Assembly: GCA_052389555.1 (NCBI GenBank)
Contig: JBQTHV010000036.1
Coordinates: 18,531 to 82,530 of the forward strand
Length of the DNA: 64,000 bases
Origin: Gemmatimonadales bacterium
GTDB taxonomy: Bacteria; Gemmatimonadota; Gemmatimonadetes; Gemmatimonadales; GWC2-71-9
Direction of reading: 5' to 3'
The translations under genes and the position numbers were made by a program. Numbering within the stretch: the first letter of the stretch is position 1; each line of letters begins with the position of its first letter. Of the stretch, positions 63,237 to 64,000 are shown piece by piece. The notes beneath the pieces were generated by a model, which was not told the origin of the DNA, did not search any database, and worked only from the letters and a program-made list of their open reading frames with translations.

Positions 63237-64000
63237 TGGTGATCGCTCCGATTTCCGGGGGCGCGGTCCTGCCGCTGGTGCGGGAAGTGACCGGCAGTCC
63301 GGACCCGCTGGCGCTCTACGCGGCGCTGAGCGCGGGTGGCCAGCGGCCCGGCACCTTCCTGCTCGAGTCGGCGGAGACCGGGACCGGCTCCGGGGAGCGG
63401 AGCCTGATCGGCGCCGGCGTGGCGCTCAGACTCGCGTGTCAGGGTCGTCAGGTGGAGATCGAGGCGCGCTCTCCCAATGGCCGGGCGATGCTGCCCTGGC
63501 TGGAAACCCGGTTCGAGGATGCGGCCGGCGTCACGGTGGGCCGGGCCGAGCCTAACACGCTGCGGGTGGCCTATCCCGAGCCGCCGTCGGGCCCCCGGGA
63601 CGAGAGCAGCCGGGGCCGGCTCCCCTCGCCGCTCGATGCGCTGCGGGCCGTGGTGTTCGGCCCCGACCTGCTGGCCCACCCCACCGATGCCTGCCATCTC
63701 GCCGCCGGGGTGTTCTCCTACGATCTCATCGAGCTGTTCGAAGCGCTTCCCCCCGGCCGGCCCGAACCGGAACCGACCCCCCACTTCGAGTTCTTCGTGC
63801 CCGACCGGCTCATCGTGATCGACCACCTCCGCAACCGCACCTTGCTGGTCGCGACGGCCATCGGGGGTTCCGGCGATGCGGGGGAGGCGAACTATCACGA
63901 TGCGGTCACCGCCATCGGCGATCTCATGCAGATCCTGGAGGGAATCGGGAGTCGGGAATCGGGAGCCGGGAGTCGACTGGAAGCCCCCGATTCCCGACTC
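63236..64000 (+). CDS. trpE: anthranilate synthase component I (N-terminal part; continues beyond the window)
   Basis: My translation from ATG 63236 (TGATG overlap with the aroF stop) reads MVIAPISGGAVLPLVREVTGSPDPLALYAALSAGGQRPGTFLLESAETGTGSGERSLIG...GVFSYDLIELFE.... It is not in the ORF track because it runs off the edge. Confidence 0.85.
   Translation, partial: MVIAPISGGAVLPLVREVTGSPDPLALYAALSAGGQRPGTFLLESAETGTGSGERSLIGAGVALRLACQGRQVEIEARSPNGRAMLPWLETRFEDAAGVTVGRAEPNTLRVAYPEPPSGPRDESSRGRLPSPLDALRAVVFGPDLLAHPTDACHLAAGVFSYDLIELFEALPPGRPEPEPTPHFEFFVPDRLIVIDHLRNRTLLVATAIGGSGDAGEANYHDAVTAIGDLMQILEGIGSRESGAGSRLEAPDSRL
63941..64000. repeat. inverted heptamer arrays (GGGAATC/GGGAGTC)n in frame inside trpE (truncated by the window end)
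   Basis: ggaatcg ggagtcg ggaatcg ggagccg ggagtcg (63941-63975) is followed by the complement ccccgattcccgactc (63985-64000). It encodes GIGSRESGAGSRLEAPDSRL. Confidence 0.85.

Overview
This is a high-GC bacterial chromosomal segment. TonB/ExbB/ExbD genes, a predicted outer-membrane beta-barrel and lipoprotein signals point to a diderm; the lineage cannot be named from sequence alone. The window is densely packed with housekeeping genes, mostly on the minus strand. They include carB (partial), gmd-rmd, rpmB, the rpmJ-rpsM-rpsK-rpsD-rpoA-rplQ cluster, pyrF-pyrD, an amidase and smpB. Next come tRNA-Leu(CAG), moeB-rhodanese, an Rrf2 regulator, aspA, trxB, a 2-oxoacid dehydrogenase E2, H+-pyrophosphatase and three two-component modules. 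Further genes are ino1 plus a CDP-alcohol phosphatidyltransferase, and a NamZ/NagZ/serine-hydrolase/SSF-transporter/sugar-kinase cluster. The window ends with tonB-exbB-exbD-exbD plus two extra TonB paralogs (one degraded), sodA, an M19 dipeptidase, an ocd-PLP enzyme-kynU-kynA operon, a LysR/dioxygenase pair, yhhQ, tRNA-Ala(UGC) and aroF-trpE (partial). I saw no rRNA, CRISPR, transposase, integrase, phage or recognisable defence genes. Four signals stand out. (1) The 9-mer CGGGTTAGG/CCTAACCCG occurs at least 27 times, in all reading frames and both orientations, and supplies several stop codons; this resembles a DNA-uptake-signal type of over-represented word. (2) A family of locus-specific tandem 7-, 8- or 9-nt repeat arrays is paired with inverted copies (hairpin-capable). 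They sit between convergent genes and also in frame inside conserved enzymes (carB, pyrF, trpE, NagZ and a serine hydrolase). (3) A Trp-codon-rich leader ORF (WWAW) plus an intrinsic terminator lies immediately upstream of aroF-trpE. (4) A DUF3179 gene has an in-frame TGA at the first Cys of its CxxC motif, followed by a SECIS-like GGUCU hairpin, but it also carries a frameshift and a 27-bp duplication. In addition, 11-bp-phased GTCATC direct repeats (Pho-box-like) precede two tonB paralogs, next to an OmpR-family regulator. All calls rest on reading and translating the sequence by eye; no database search was run.
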